DNA of 64,000 bases from positions 64,472 through 128,471 of the forward strand of contig NW_004797755.1 in assembly GCF_000002075.1 (NCBI RefSeq), in the 5' to 3' direction. The notes beneath the pieces are model-generated. The model saw only the letters and a program-made list of their open reading frames with translations, made no database searches and had not been told where the DNA came from. Shown piece by piece: positions 49,251 to 62,825 of this stretch. The translations under genes and the position numbers were made by a program. The stretch is from Aplysia californica (Eukaryota). Every line of letters starts with the position of its first letter. Within the stretch, counting starts at the first letter, position 1.

Positions 49251-49799
49251 CGATGAGCAGAGTCCGAGTACAACTGAATTGTAGGTTGTGGTGGACTGTC
49301 AATATTGTTGCGGAAAGAAGTCTATGAAATACACTCGCAAGCATGTATAGACACACTCACATATTCTCAGATGTGCACTCACGCACTCACATTTACACAC
49401 ACATAATCGCACACACGCATACACCCATGTACAGTCACATAAATACACTTGAAAAGAAATTGGAAGTTGAGTAAAGCCGATTGCGCTGCGACCTCCCCCA
49501 TTTTTAAAGAGTGATAGATCTATGCTTTTTTACTTTAACATTTTTCCCTTCCACATTTCATACTGTGTCCTTACTCTTTGAAACCATAGCCCTGTTTCTT
49601 CGTAGTGATAGTTCCTTTCCTCCATGTCACTGAATTGGGCGGGTGGCTGGGGGACACCAATGGTAGGTGTCCTACTTCTTGACTTTCCCTCTGTTGTGTC
49701 TGTCTTTTCTGTCTTACTTTTTCCCAGCAGTAAATGGCCATTATTGTGTCGATGTGCTTGTCTGTACTCAAACAACAAAAGCAAACTGAATTGATTCGA

Positions 49800-50036
49800 G
49801 TGTCTGTGGGCTAGCGGTTGTGATTTTTGTCAATGCACGCCGAAGACGTGAGTTCGTTTCCCGAGTAGCGGGGGGATTTAAACATAATTTTAAGAATTAT
49901 TTTTAAATAGAGTATTTGATTGTGTCTCTGCTGGAATGTTGTATCACTTTCAGCCAGGATTGGACATTGCAGGCAGAGACAAAGTTCCACACCCCCTTGA
50001 TAATCTAGATTGAGTCGACAGGGGCATAAACACCAA
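49800..50036 (+). mobile_element. tRNA-derived SINE
   Basis: gtgggctagcggtt A-box-like and gagttcgtttccc B-box-like motifs; family body and tail. Confidence 0.55.
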
Positions 50037-50629
50037 TAAGTGTATAGTTACACTTTTTGAATTAGCGTGCGTTCGTCAGTAGTAGAAAAGGAAAGGGAAA
50101 TAAAATCGAAGTTCTTAATAACTCGCTTCTTGTTCATTCAGGGTCTGCGGATCCTCTAAAATGTGGACGTGCTTTGACTTCGTATTGAAATGGAATGTTT
50201 CGAGGAGACGGCAAGGATCCGATAACCCATCCGCATCGTTCGTCTAGGTCTTACAACTCTCTGGTCTTACCCTTATGTCTGGAAAAACAACAAACTAAAC
50301 TACTGTGCTCGATGTGTACTGAGAAGCTTTTAACAGGCCAGAATGACTGAATTAGCTTTAGACTGAGACTATAAAATGTGTTTTGATTAACAGATGAACA
50401 TATTATGGTCATGTTACATGCTTTTTTAGCGCGTGTTAACTTTTGTCTCCGTGTGCCTGGTTGGAGGACGCCGCTTGTTTGTGTAAATTTAAATATACTG
50501 ATGCCAGTCTCCTTACAGTCTACCTGATTAACCATGGTTTACCGGTGATGTGTCCATTGGTTAGTGCGAGGCCTAGGGTTAAGGATAGGGTTACAGTTGA
50601 GGTCCAGGTTATAGATTGTTGTTGATTAG

Positions 50630-50838
50630 TAGACACCAAGTTGACCGACTGTCAAATGTCAATTCAGATCACTTAAGAGGCGGGCTGTGACCCTGCCTTC
50701 TTGGGCCAACCCGGGCTGAGAGGGATGCATTACCCTAACAGAAAGACCAAAAAACTCGAAAAATTATTCCCTCATGGGAATCAAACTCGGGTCTTCTGCG
50801 TGCGGCGGTTGAGCACGGCCCTATCTGCACCACCACAG
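50630..50838 (-). mobile_element. tRNA-derived SINE
   Basis: Reverse complement reads gtggtgcagatagg...gagtttgattccc...ctctcagcccgggttgg. Confidence 0.6.
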
Positions 50839-52006
50839 ATACCAGACTATACTCAGGGCCATGAAAAGGACGAAGATGTCGGCTAAAAAGAAAGCGCGAG
50901 GGTGGGGTTTGGGGGGTGGGTGGGACTGGAAGAATGTTCATCGTGAACGTAGTGACATATTTGTACGATCCTCCTTAGCTGACCTGTGCAGAAACACAGG
51001 GGCTGACAGCCAGTCAGGTCGGATCAGAATGAGCCTGCACTTCGTGGTGTTCGATACACATTTGCATTGTTCGAATTTTAATCTCCTCCTCTTGCGTGGA
51101 AGTTATGGCATGATTGACGAATGTACTGTGCTAACGGCTTTGTGGTTTTTCAAGCTGGGGATCCGGATGGATTGAATTACGCACTTTAATTCATATTAAA
51201 TCATGCCTGCACGATACTTTATTTTATTGTGTATAAACTTACATTGGGTTAAACAACAATTCACATATGTCACTGGCTATTCATCGTGTAGAAATTCAGA
51301 TCGTCTCACGAAATGTCTAGTTCGGATGGGAAGTACTTGCAGCAATAGATAATGACTGAATACTCATTTTTCCATTCAGAAATCCGACAGCAAATTTATC
51401 GGGTAGACATCACACTGCAGTGGTGTCAGGTTTCCTGACTTCATCTTTGTGGGTTTGTTGTTGTGGTTTTAGGCTTGCGGATTGCAGGGTACATTGATGA
51501 TTACGTGGGTGGTTGCAGAGTGTCTCTGTATCCGGTCCTTCTCCTGAGTTGTCTGTCTTTGGTTGTTTCTTTCTTGTCTTGCATTTTGCCTGCAGTAAAA
51601 GACCGTTATCACTTTGTCATCATCACCCCCCCCCCCCACGCTTTAAAAAACCCGGGTAGTTGGCAGGTGCCGTGGTGTGTTTTGCTCTGTTTTTACTATC
51701 AATATTTACCATCCTTTCTCTTCTTTTTCTTTTCTTTGTATGTTACTCTCTAGTAGCACCTCTAATCTTCCGCACTTATATGACGTATGTGTGTTGTGAG
51801 TGCCGTAAAACTGATTAAAACTGGAAAAAAGAAAAAAATCAAATCCACCAGGTGTCTCATCTTGTGTCATCAGGCTGAAAGACTTTACATGGAATTTCCT
51901 CTCTACAGCCAGGTGGTGATGAGTACCTGGCTCAAGATGGAGAAAGATCTTGTCAGTTCGTTCCTGTAAATTGGGCGCGTAATCGCCTGCTTGCGCTGGT
52001 GTATGA

Positions 52007-52146
52007 GTGGGTGGTTGGAGGGCGCCACTGGTGGGTCCTACTTATTTACTTTCCCATCGTTTGTTTCTGTCCGTCTGTCTTACTTTGTCCCAGCGCTAAA
52101 TGACCGTTGTTGGGCCGATTGGTGTACTTCTCTCTACTCAAACAAA
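52007..52146 (+). repeat. Short dispersed repeat family B (other copies 38862-38980, 47866-48088, 48422-48560, 49637-49776, 57721-57868, 58414-58553, 58720-58840, 61333-61425)
   Basis: Consensus approximately gggtggttggagggcgccactggtaggtcctacttc...tctgtctgtcttactttttcccagcactaaatggccattattgtgtcgatgtgcttctctgtactcaaacaaac. Confidence 0.8.
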
Positions 52147-52332
52147 TACGCACTGTGTGCTTCTTGAGAAGCTGAGGATGTTTCTGGGTGTTCTAGGATC
52201 TGCTGGGGTTAATAGTAGGTGTAAAACGAATAGGACATGCTGTAGGCCGTAGATATGCGCTTTACAGATGCATTTATTATTATCATCATCATTATCATCA
52301 CAATTATTTTTATTGTTTGTTATTATTACAAC

Positions 52333-52383
<51 letters not shown>

Positions 52384-52389
52384 TATTAT
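52333..52389. repeat. (ATT)n microsatellite
   Basis: Directly visible. Confidence 0.9.
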
Positions 52390-53513
52390 TGTTTAATTTC
52401 ATAAAACGGTGATCTTTTAAATGGCGAAGCACTTGGTCCCCTATCGTGACGAATGGAATATCTTTTCATCGTCTGGGAACATTGGAATCATCATCATCAT
52501 TATCGTCATCGCTGTTTTTTTTTCAAAATGGTACTCATTAGAAATTATACAGAATTGGGAACTTCGCTTAGACACCCTGCCCACTTTGTTTGTTCAATTC
52601 TGTCTGAAAGGTGGAGGGTTAATTCTTCACAGGGCACTTACAGAATCAGTTTTATTTAACTACTTTTGAATGTACTTGACCTTTGTACTTTCTATAGTTA
52701 ATTCCTTTAGCGAACCCAATCTTAGGTAAACTTAAACTTTAGCCCTACATTCGTAATTCCGAGGAGCCTCTTGGGTGTCGGATGACGTTATGCGCGAAAA
52801 TCGTGTTTAACTTTTATTTATCTATAGAGGGTTAAGGTTAAGGGTGAGGGGATGCAAGTTTACCAAACCCGTTTTGTGCTATGAGTTTGACCTCGGAATT
52901 ACGATGCGGAAAACGGTTTTGTTTCTCTTCGGTTTGATTCATAGTGCTGGACTCCACACAAACAATTTTTAAAAAATCGCAAATTCAAGTGTACATGGCC
53001 TCTGCACTGTAAAGAAGAATGGGATCCGAACCCCCCCCCCCCTCCCCCCCCCCCCCCAACCAGGTCGTTGGGTCATATTGAATCCAGTGTTTCTGGCTCT
53101 GAGCTGGGTGTGTAGCTTCACGACCATTAGTTTAAAGTTAAAGACCTATCGAACATTGTTTAGCACTTCATATTTTTTGCTTATGGCGCACGTGTAATCC
53201 TTTAGGCGCTTGATCCCTGAAAGGAATGACTCGCAGAATGCTGCTCACCATCCGTACGGCCGACACGGGAAGTCTGCTTTTACCTTGAACTGAATACTGG
53301 AAGTAGCGGAATATTCCGCTCTCTTCGGATGTCTTTGTTGGTATTTCTCCACAGGGCACGGCAGGTCGTGCTTTTGTCCTCATGGCAGCGACTTGCTGCT
53401 GAAAATGTACATATCTAGTTCGTTTGATTTGTTTTATTAGTCGGTGTTGTTTGGAAGCTCGACAAGACCGGTAGATGTCAAGTGTTCTGCATATGTATAG
53501 GACTCTGCTTTTG

Positions 53514-53717
53514 AGGAAGGATTTCCGAAACGAGCAACCATCCCAACGAACACTATAAAGAAGAGACTTGTCCCTAACCCTAACCTTAACTAACTCTAAC
53601 CCTAATCCTAACGCCCTACCGCTACCCCTAACCGTAAGCCAAACCCTTCCACCCTAACCCTAGCCTGAACCCTAATCCCAACCCTCTATTCTAGTCACTC
53701 GTTACGGAATTCCTCCT
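53514..53717. repeat. Inverted-repeat element enclosing a degenerate (CCCTAA)n array
   Basis: aggaaggatttccgaaacgagcaac ... gtcactcgttacggaattcctcct flank a run of roughly 15-18 CCCTAA-like units. Related pieces occur at 1108-1200 and 4090-4165. Confidence 0.65.
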
Positions 53718-53732
53718 GCTTTTCATAAAACA

Positions 53733-53945
53733 CGGGCGTCTATGGTGTAGCGTTTAGGAGCTTCGCCGTCGCACCCAGAAGACCTGAGTGCGATTCATGT
53801 GTTGGGAGGATTTTGTGTCTAATATCTTTTTTTCCCCCGCTGGGACGTTTTAACTCTCAGCCCGGGTTGATCCTGACCGGAAGGGTCAATTCCGCCTCCT
53901 AAATGAACTAACTTGTGTCGATGGTGATCTAAAAACACATACTTA
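53733..53945 (+). mobile_element. tRNA-derived SINE
   Basis: tggtgtagcgttt A box, gagtgcgattca B box, ctctcagcccgggttg core, tgtgtcgat tail. Confidence 0.6.
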
Positions 53946-54269
53946 AAAACAACAAAAAACCGGTGGGATAGATGGTAATACCGCATTTCTAAACGCACTG
54001 GCTAAATAGACACAAGGAGACCTCTACATTTGAGTGTCTTTTTACATAAATTCATATTCCTCACCGTGCGTTTCCTGACTGAAATAACAGGTTTTCAAGA
54101 GTAGCCAATCAATGGAAACGACGCTGCAAAGAAAACAAAACCTCCCAACCAAACTATAACATCCACAATAACGCAGCCCAAACAATGCTCAACAGTAAGG
54201 TTCCTTTCGATACTAGTGTTTTTGCAATGGCTATGTTATATCTACGTCCCCAGTATAGTGTACCTTATT

Positions 54270-54420
54270 GCACAACCAGCATTATAAACGACCCATCACG
54301 CCCCCTTTCAACACAAATTCTAAGATCATGCAGTGGCAGATATTATGTAACTTTAAAAACAAAGAAAGAAAGATACAAAAGACGTTTCTTACCATCTTGT
54401 ATAAGGTTACTGTCAGAACA
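54270..54420 (+). mobile_element. Rex1/L2-CR1-group LINE C-terminal remnant
   Basis: IINDPSRPL...SGRYY...KERYKRRFLPSCIRLL resembles the 'D..HPL...SGR...R...SF.P.AIRLL' terminus. Confidence 0.6.
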
Positions 54421-56859
54421 AACATCAGTATGTATTGCTTTTTCAAGTAAGGATCTATATAACACTAAAGGTCTTGTAATTAACTTTCTGCATGTGGTTG
54501 AATGGTGCATCGAATGTGATATGCACCTGTGCCAGCTTTACCTTTCTTCTCATATCGAATTTTAATGAAAATAATATATAATTTAGTTTTTATATATACC
54601 TACATGTGTTTTTACGATCCTGTACTGTCAAGAAAAATGTAAGGAAAGTTCTTATTTTTTAAAAGAATACCAATTGGCTTGGTCCTGTGGGTGTGTTATG
54701 TCCAACTGGCATAATTTAAATCATTTAGGAGGTGCACTGTTTCGACCCTACCTGCTTGGTCCAACCCTGACTGGAAGGATAATACGTCCCTGCAAAGAGA
54801 CGGAGATACTCTATAGAATTTCTCCTGACTCAGGATTCACTCACGTCCTCTACATGCGATAGTGAAGTGCTTAACTACAACACAACATATGCTGGTTTCC
54901 TGGGTGAAGGACATTAGGTCAAAGGTCATGCCTCCAGAATAAAAAGCAGTTTTAAAACATGTGTTGTTACCCCCATATCGTGCAACATTGTCAGTCGCTC
55001 CTACATAGGTGGAAATAAGAATATGGCCCTGACAGTGACAGGCAGGGTCGAAGCTCACACCCAAAATGGTGTAAATTGCATGGATGGGAACGTTAAAAAA
55101 TCCCCAACTACAACACTAAAAAGACAAACACGTACCAGAGGCATATTCCAAGAGGCCATTATTTCACCCCATTTTGAAAAAAAAAAATCAACCTTTTTGA
55201 TAGCCTGGTGTTCCGTCTTCTCTCCGATTCGCATAGATCTATTAATTATAAACAACCTTGATGAATTCAACCCAACTGCTAATGACAGAGATAGTAAAAT
55301 CATTTATTAGTATACACATGTACTTTCTTTTCTTTAGGTCGAAGGGACTCAAAATAATGCTTGGTATTTTTCTGATTCTTCCTTCGAGAAGAATATCATG
55401 TGTGTTGTTGGTTTCTTAAAATCGGGTGTTTATATAGTGACCAAATGATCTCGAGACTGTCATAAAACGTGTACCCTAACATACAAACAACAAACAAGCT
55501 TCGATATTTGCTACCCAAAATTTACAAAGTCCTCTCTGCTCATTACCTAGTTTAGAGAAATTTGATATAAAAAACATTTTGAATTTCACAATATGTCAAG
55601 CCTTTTTCGCTCTGATTATGTCGACTCGCGTGCACTCAGTCTTCAGGTCATGACATGAAACCATAAAGAGCCTACATCAAGCGGACGTGTTATTTCACGC
55701 TCATTTTTCGCCTGGACGTTTGCCAAGGAAGTCGCATTCTAGCGAAGGCAAGAGGTACTGAGACGCTATAGTGCCGTACATCACTAGGAAGCTCTGTCAC
55801 TGGATTTATTTGTCCCCATTCCTAAGGCGTTTGTATCCCAGTTTCTACTCCAAGTGCAGCGTGATGTAGGTTTTTTTTTATTGGAGACAACGGCTTAGTA
55901 TTAATGGTTGTGTCAGACAGCGCAGTTGTGGGGGAGGGGGGTTGTTTGTTTTGTTGTTGTTGTTGGGTTTTTGTTGGGGGGGGGGGGTGCGCATTATTCA
56001 AACCCTACCCCTACCCCGCGTCGAAATAGCAATTGTTTGGAACCAGTAGTTTCTGAATTTGAACATGGACCGATCGCAGTGTTTTCAAATTTCTTGACCA
56101 CAGCGGGTGCACGCTCTCGGCTATACTCAGACGAACAGGTTTTTATGTTTCGGAACAAAGACCCCAAGAATGCGGATCAAGTTTGACTCCATATTGAACG
56201 TTTTATACCAAACTTCTAAACTTTACTTTGTGTTTGAATGGCAGGTGATATCATCTCCGCATCTAATAAAACAAAGCAAAGAAAAAAATGGGCGTAGACT
56301 GATAAGCCTGTCAGAATCGTTTCTGCTTACCTAAAAATGTACATTTTAATGCGCCATGTTGTTGACCTAAGCTTGAAGCGTATAAGAACTGCCGTTGAAG
56401 TGTGTTTGATATGTTTGGAAACTGGGCTTTGTACAAGTTGAGCAGACTACTTTTTATTGGTCAGGTGGCCCCTATTTTTTGAAATTGTACTTTGTATTCT
56501 GAATGGGACACTTTAAATGACCGAAACCTTCAAGGACGACGTTTGCGGGGAGTTGGAAGGGTGGGGGGGGGGGGGAGGCATTGATTGGTCCTGCTTCTGT
56601 TCTATCCTTACAATGTTTATGTGTCTTCATGTCGTGTGCCCTCCCCCCCCCCCCCTTGCTTTGAATGACCCTTATGATATCGACGGGCTTCTCTGGGACT
56701 CAAAGACTACCCCAGCCCCTTCCCAAATAAACATATAATAATAAAATTGTTGCAAAGTCTCCTTCGTCGGTTTGTGTAACGAGGCCGGCCACGGCACTAG
56801 CTGATTTGTTGAAGATTCGTTTCGTGAAATCTTTAAAAATAATTTGGTTCGACTTTTGA

Positions 56860-57170
56860 TATCCTCTACGGAAGAATCCAAAGCCTATAATGTAATGTGC
56901 CTTTGGTACAAGCGAGTAGATTTAAGACATCTATGTTTTGCAGCCATGCTGAAGCCAAGACACAAGTCCGCAAGCTGCGCACATCCACACGTGGAAAACA
57001 ATATTTTAAATACTCAAAATGTGACAACCTTTTCTCTGCCAGAACTGGTCTCATTGGCCATAACCGACGCCACAGAGTTGATTATCTTCATCCTAATACA
57101 TGTATCTTTCGTTTCGGAGAACTATTTTCTTCTGCAGATCCATTTGTCGTCGCCGTACATTGACGGACCA
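56860..57170 (+). mobile_element. RTE/BovB-like LINE 3' remnant
   Basis: AEAKTQVRK...KCDNLFSARTGLIGHNRRH resembles the RTE C-terminal 'F.ARIGL..H.R.H' zinc-finger-like motif. Confidence 0.55.
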
Positions 57171-57889
57171 ACTATTCGTATTCTTGTTTTCAACTGTATA
57201 GGAGTTTGGTCTCCAGCCAAAGCACAAGATTGAAAGGAACAATATTCACTAGATCAGGTTGCGTTGTTGGGTTTCATTCAAACCCATGTATTTTTGCACG
57301 GACTTAGCCTATTTCGTGATGCGGATGGTTGAAAGGAGCCATCTGTGAGCCCTGCTTCTTCCCTGCACCAATTATGACCGTTAATATGTCAACGTGCTTC
57401 TCTTTACTCAAACTAGTTCGTCACGAACTGTATCACTATGGCCTGGCCCACGGAAGTTGTACGCCCGGATATTTGTGTGGGCTCATGTCTTTGGCCTTGG
57501 CACACTTCGCACATCGGAGCGCCTTGACAATGGCGAGAAATTCGTTCCTGTACTGGGACCTATCTGATAGGTGCACCCCCCGCACTTATGCTTGCCTTGC
57601 AGAATGTGTACATTCCTAGCCCGATAGACGATACCGTTTGCTAAGAAATGCGGGCAACATACTATGAGGATACGCTCACTTCTCTCAGTCTTGCCATCGT
57701 TTGTAAGGAACCATATACGCGGGTGGTTGGAAGGGTTTGGGGGGGGGGGGGGTCCTACTTCTTTACCTTTCCTCTGTTCGTTTGTGTCTGTCTGTCTTAC
57801 TTTTTCGCGGCACTAAATGGCCATTATTGTGTGGATGTGCTTCTCTTCACTCAAACAAACAAACAAACGAGCCATATACCCCCATCCCC

Positions 57890-57891
<2 letters not shown>

Positions 57892-57958
<67 letters not shown>

Positions 57959-57977
57959 CACACACACACACACACAC
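57892..57977. repeat. (CA)n microsatellite
   Basis: Directly visible. Confidence 0.95.
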
Positions 57978-59002
57978 TTTGCGTGTCATCCACCTAATTG
58001 TGCCCTCCCTTTTCTTTGTCCAGCTTGCAGATGGTTGGAAGGCACCACTGATAGATATTGAAGATGAGAGCATATAAGTAGAAAACTTAGGTAGAAATTG
58101 AGTGACGGGCGTGGTCGTTCAGACAATATTTCCATGGCGCGTTACCATCTTTCAAAACAGGGGTCACAGATTGAATTGTGGCTTAACTTTCCTGTTTCGT
58201 GAATAAAATTATAGCGAAGAAGCGACTTCAACACAAGATTGACCAAAATCAGCTTTTTCAGCAGTATAGGGTTTGAGGGGTGGAGGCTGCAATTTCTCAC
58301 CAGTAAGACATAATTATGACATCCCAGTTCTGAAATGTTACATGCTGAGATGTGCTTTTGTCGAATTCTGCTTTGGTATGTTGTCTGTCTTTTCTCTCAT
58401 GTCCACCTTTTTGTGGGTGGTTAGAGGGCAATACTGTTACGTCTTATTTTTTTTACTTTCCCTCTGTTTGTTCTATCTGTCTTACTTTTTCCAAGCACTA
58501 AATGGCCGTTGCTGTGTCGTTGTGCTTCTCTGTACTCAAACAAACAAACAAACAATCCGCCTTTTTCCATAATCTGACAACTTTGACGTGTGTCCCATCT
58601 CTGAAAAGACACAAATGTGTTTAATAATGCGTCAAGTATTGTCTCTTAGGTAATTGTTGGAGGCGTGGTTGATTTTTTTTTGGAGACTAGAAAAGAGTAC
58701 TTATTACTGTATGTAGGCGTTTGGTAGGAGGGCCCCGCTACTGGTAGGTTCTTTTGTTCTTTCCCTCTGTTGTTATTTTTGCCCGTCTGTCTAACCTTTT
58801 CCATGCTCCAAAAGACTATTACTATGTTGATGTGTGCTCCCTCCAGTTCCTACCGTACCCCCCCCCCTCCTCCCACTCTCTCCATTTTTCATTTTAGTTC
58901 TACTAAAGGATTATTCTGCTCAAAGAGCTTGCCGTTTCTTGTTTTATCTGTTGGCTGGTGTGTAATAGGGATAAACTACGACCAGGTAAAGACTGGGGAG
59001 GG

Positions 59003-59033
<31 letters not shown>

Positions 59034-59826
59034 NNNNNNNNNNNNNNNNNNNNNNNNNNNNNNNNNNNNNNNNNNNNNNNNNNNNNNNNNNNNNNNNNNN
59101 NNNNNNNNNNNNNNNNNNNNNNNNNNNNNNNNNGGGGGGATTGCTGATGTGATTGTATTTTGGGGATTTTTTTGTTTTGCTTTTTCAGGCGAACTTTTTT
59201 GTTGCTAGTGTTGAGGCTGTTGTCGCCGTTATCGTCTCTGTTGTTGGTCAATGCTGTTGTTGGGTTTTTTTAAAGTGATAATTCGGTGGTCGAGATCTGC
59301 TCTTGACGTCGGATCAACTTCGGCTGAAATAATGTATAACATATACAAAATTGCTTTGCGTTGCAGAAGATAAAAAGGAAGTTATATGATGGAAACTAAA
59401 TGGACCCCCCCAAAAAAAAGAAAAAAGAATAATCAGTTTAAAAAGACAATGCAGAAAGATAGACCAAAAAAAAAGATAAAAGATGAAAATGGATGATATG
59501 AAAAATAAATGAAATATGAATAAATTAACAAACAAATAGAAAAGGAACAAAAGAAAGGTTAAGATAGGCACGAAGGAAACGGTCTAATGGAAGCAAGGTT
59601 TGTTGTACTGTAGAGCTATATATACCTACTATTTAACTGTAGAGCGATGAAACCGATCCGGAGATAATGTCGGAATGTGTGCGGCTGGCTTTCCTGACAG
59701 TGACTCGCTGATGTAGATCTATCTAGCTCCCCCCTTGCACGTTCTTCTATTACGTTTTTGTTGTTTGCTCGTGTCATTCATCCTGTGTGCAAGGATATTC
59801 CTGTTGCATTTTGTGGTTGTTGGTTG

Positions 59827-59884
<58 letters not shown>

Positions 59885-62771
59885 CTGTTTCACTCGAGCC
59901 GCTGGGGTTTTTTTTTCTGTTTCATTTCTTACAAAACAAATCTCTGTGACTTGGGTTATTTGCAGCCTAAATCCGTGCGTCTAGTTTTTCTTGGCATTGT
60001 TACTCTTTTCGTTTGTTGAGATCACGTTGTCACGTCTCATGGCGTGGCTTTGAGTGTTTAAGAAAAGTTTGTGCCACGTTCACGCCTGTGTGCGTGATTG
60101 CGTGCGTGTATATATTATTATGTACGTATGTCTGTCTGTCTTTCTGTCTGCACGCTCGCGTGTGTGTGTGTGTTTCTGGTTTGTGTGTGTGTGTGTGTGT
60201 GTGTGTTTGTGTGTGTGTTCTGTATTCTGCTTGTGCGTGTAAACAGCTTAGGAAGGGGGGGGGGTGGGGGTATCAGCGAAAGGCCGATTGATAAAACAGA
60301 AGAGATGTGCATGCCCAAACACAGGTTTCCCGTGATACTTGTACACACGCGACACACGCTCGAGGTGTTACTTTGTACGTTACTTGATAGCCATCGGGAC
60401 AGAATTTAGTAATGGGAGAGGTTTGGTGTTAAGAAGTCCGATGCGGTTTCAACGATCTACTTCTGGGAATAGAGATGAAAGGGGAGGTTAATTTTAAAGT
60501 GTATTGCGCCTTTGAATTACTTTGTGGACAGACGAGGACCTGGTTTTATTCTTTTTTCTGTTTATTATTTATAATAAATCGCCATTGTTAACCAAATTGC
60601 CCTTCTGGTAAAAATAAAAATGTTGTTTATTTATTTTTATAATATGGACAAGNNNNNNNNNNNNNNNNNNNNNNNNNNNNNNNNNNNNNNNNNNNNNNNN
60701 NNNNNNNNNNNNNNNNNNNNNNNNNNNNNNNNNNNNNNNNNNNNNNNNNNNNNNNNNNNNNNNNNNNNNNNNNNNNNNNNNNNNNNNNNNGAATGAGTGG
60801 CGAGTGTCTCTATTAATGATCTGTCGGATCTTTTTTTCGCAGAGAGTTTGCTGGCACATTACCTGCACTGGGCCGGCACTTGCGGCAGGGTCTGCCTGTC
60901 TTGTCTTTGTGTCTTTCTGGCTGAAGAAACCCGTTTGGGAGTCAAACTTTCTTTTATTTCCCTATTATTTCTTTCACTTTCAGTTTCAGTGTATTTTGTT
61001 GTTTGTTTTTTTTTCGGCACGAAATTGTCGTTTTCATGTCGATATCGAAATGCCCCTCTTTATTCAAACATAATTTAGATAGGCCTCTTTGTCTCTCCGT
61101 ACGTCCGTACATCCGCCAGTCTACAACGTGGTATAATATTATTATATCTGTCTAACTTCAGGCCTGCTTTCAGAAAAGACGTCGAGTGCGTGTGCACAAG
61201 TGTTATGCCAGGTGAAACTTGATATTCTGGTGACATCACGGCACGTTGTCATCACGTTCATGGCTCGTGGATGGGTAATGCCATTCGAGTGTGCATAGTA
61301 CACAAGTTAGCCTGCAGCTTTATTTATGTTAGCGGGTGGTTTGAAGTTGGAAGGCACAACTGGAACGTCCTACTTCTTTTCTTTCCTTCTGTTGTTTCTG
61401 TCCATCTGCCTAGCTTCTTCCCTGCACAATATAATCCATACTTTACAGACTCCCCCCCCCCCCCGCCCTTCCCTGTGTCCAAAGACAATGCCCATGACTA
61501 GTAAACTGCAAGTGTTGTAGTTTGAACTAGATTATAATTGGCTGCCAGGTCACTCGAACTCGTCGGCGGAAAAATCTGCTTCCTTTGCTTCCTCTTTTTT
61601 TCTGTCAGTTTTGTGGGCTATATTTCATCTGTTACCTTCACTGGATGGCTTTTACTGTGTCTCGTCGCTTCTCTTTGCTCAAACATGTTTTGAGAAAAAA
61701 GAATATGAATGGTGGTCCGTACTTTAACTAAGCAATCCGGCAGTTACAAGTTGCGCTCTTCCTTTTAATTTTTTGTGTGTGTAACAACGTTCAATTGATA
61801 CGTACTGTGCCAGTTACACGTGGAAGTTGACTGATTCTGGGGCAAATTGATAAGACTTTACACCGCATAATCTAGTTTTAACGGAAATAGTATTTCGAAA
61901 TAAGCATTTTTTGTGTTTTGTGCTTGACCAATGAGCTTCATAAGAGGTGTTTGATTCGTACTATGACAAATGGTGTGCTTCATTGTTGATGGAAGAAAGG
62001 TTACTACAATAATATTTATTCCTTTATGAATGGGAAGATATTGGTGCAATATCCTGCTCAGCTCTGGAAATAAAAATCTCCCCCTCCCTCTCCCCCTTCC
62101 CAACCACCGAACTTNNNNNNNNNNNNNNNNNNNNNNNNNNNNNNNNNNNNNNNNNNNNNNNNNNNNNNNNNNNNNNNNNNNNNNNNNNNNNNNNNNNNNN
62201 NNNNNNNNNNNNNNCCAAAAAAAACACGCCACGAGTCAAACACCAGAGTCACCCCTGCCCCGATCCGTAACATGGCAACTTGTTACCCTGGAATTACAAA
62301 CTTGTATCTGCCCAGTATCTAGTTTTAAGAAATTTAAAGTGAAAAAATTTTGAATTTCACAACATAGCAGGCTTTTTTGAATGAAACTCATTGAGTATAT
62401 TGATAACGACCCCGAACACTCTGACGTTTTTGATAGAGCAGATAGAACATAATTTGGTTTCTAACCTCATGGTCTTAGTAATTAAAAACTACCAAACATA
62501 TCAGAGAGAACTTTGTAATTCTAAGGTAGCGAACTATCATCGTATCCCAAATGTACGTGTTTGCAACACACACGTACATACGGGGTTCTTTTTCCACTTT
62601 GTCGCGTGCTTTTGAGCTCTGCTGTGATCTGCTGCTGTGTTCTATGTACATGTTCGTCACCTCTGGGCCGGCCAGAATGTTGATGATTACTGGAGAGAGA
62701 TCTGTCAGGCCGGAACAAACAAACGTCACCTGTGCCCTCCTTCAGACTTCAGACACGACAGTTGTCCCGTT

Positions 62772-62825
<54 letters not shown>

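Noticed and set aside
53572-53685. True telomere or chromosome-fusion site
   Set aside because: The array is short, degenerate, in a single orientation and enclosed by element-like inverted repeats.
53733-53810. tRNA gene candidates (also 17010, 46685, 49800)
   Set aside because: The A/B boxes are degenerate, no full cloverleaf is evident, and most copies continue into a shared SINE body.
57410-57640. GC-richer stretch with coding-like appearance (also 53200-53400)
   Set aside because: I found no recognisable domain and no convincing splice-site pair in the frames I checked.
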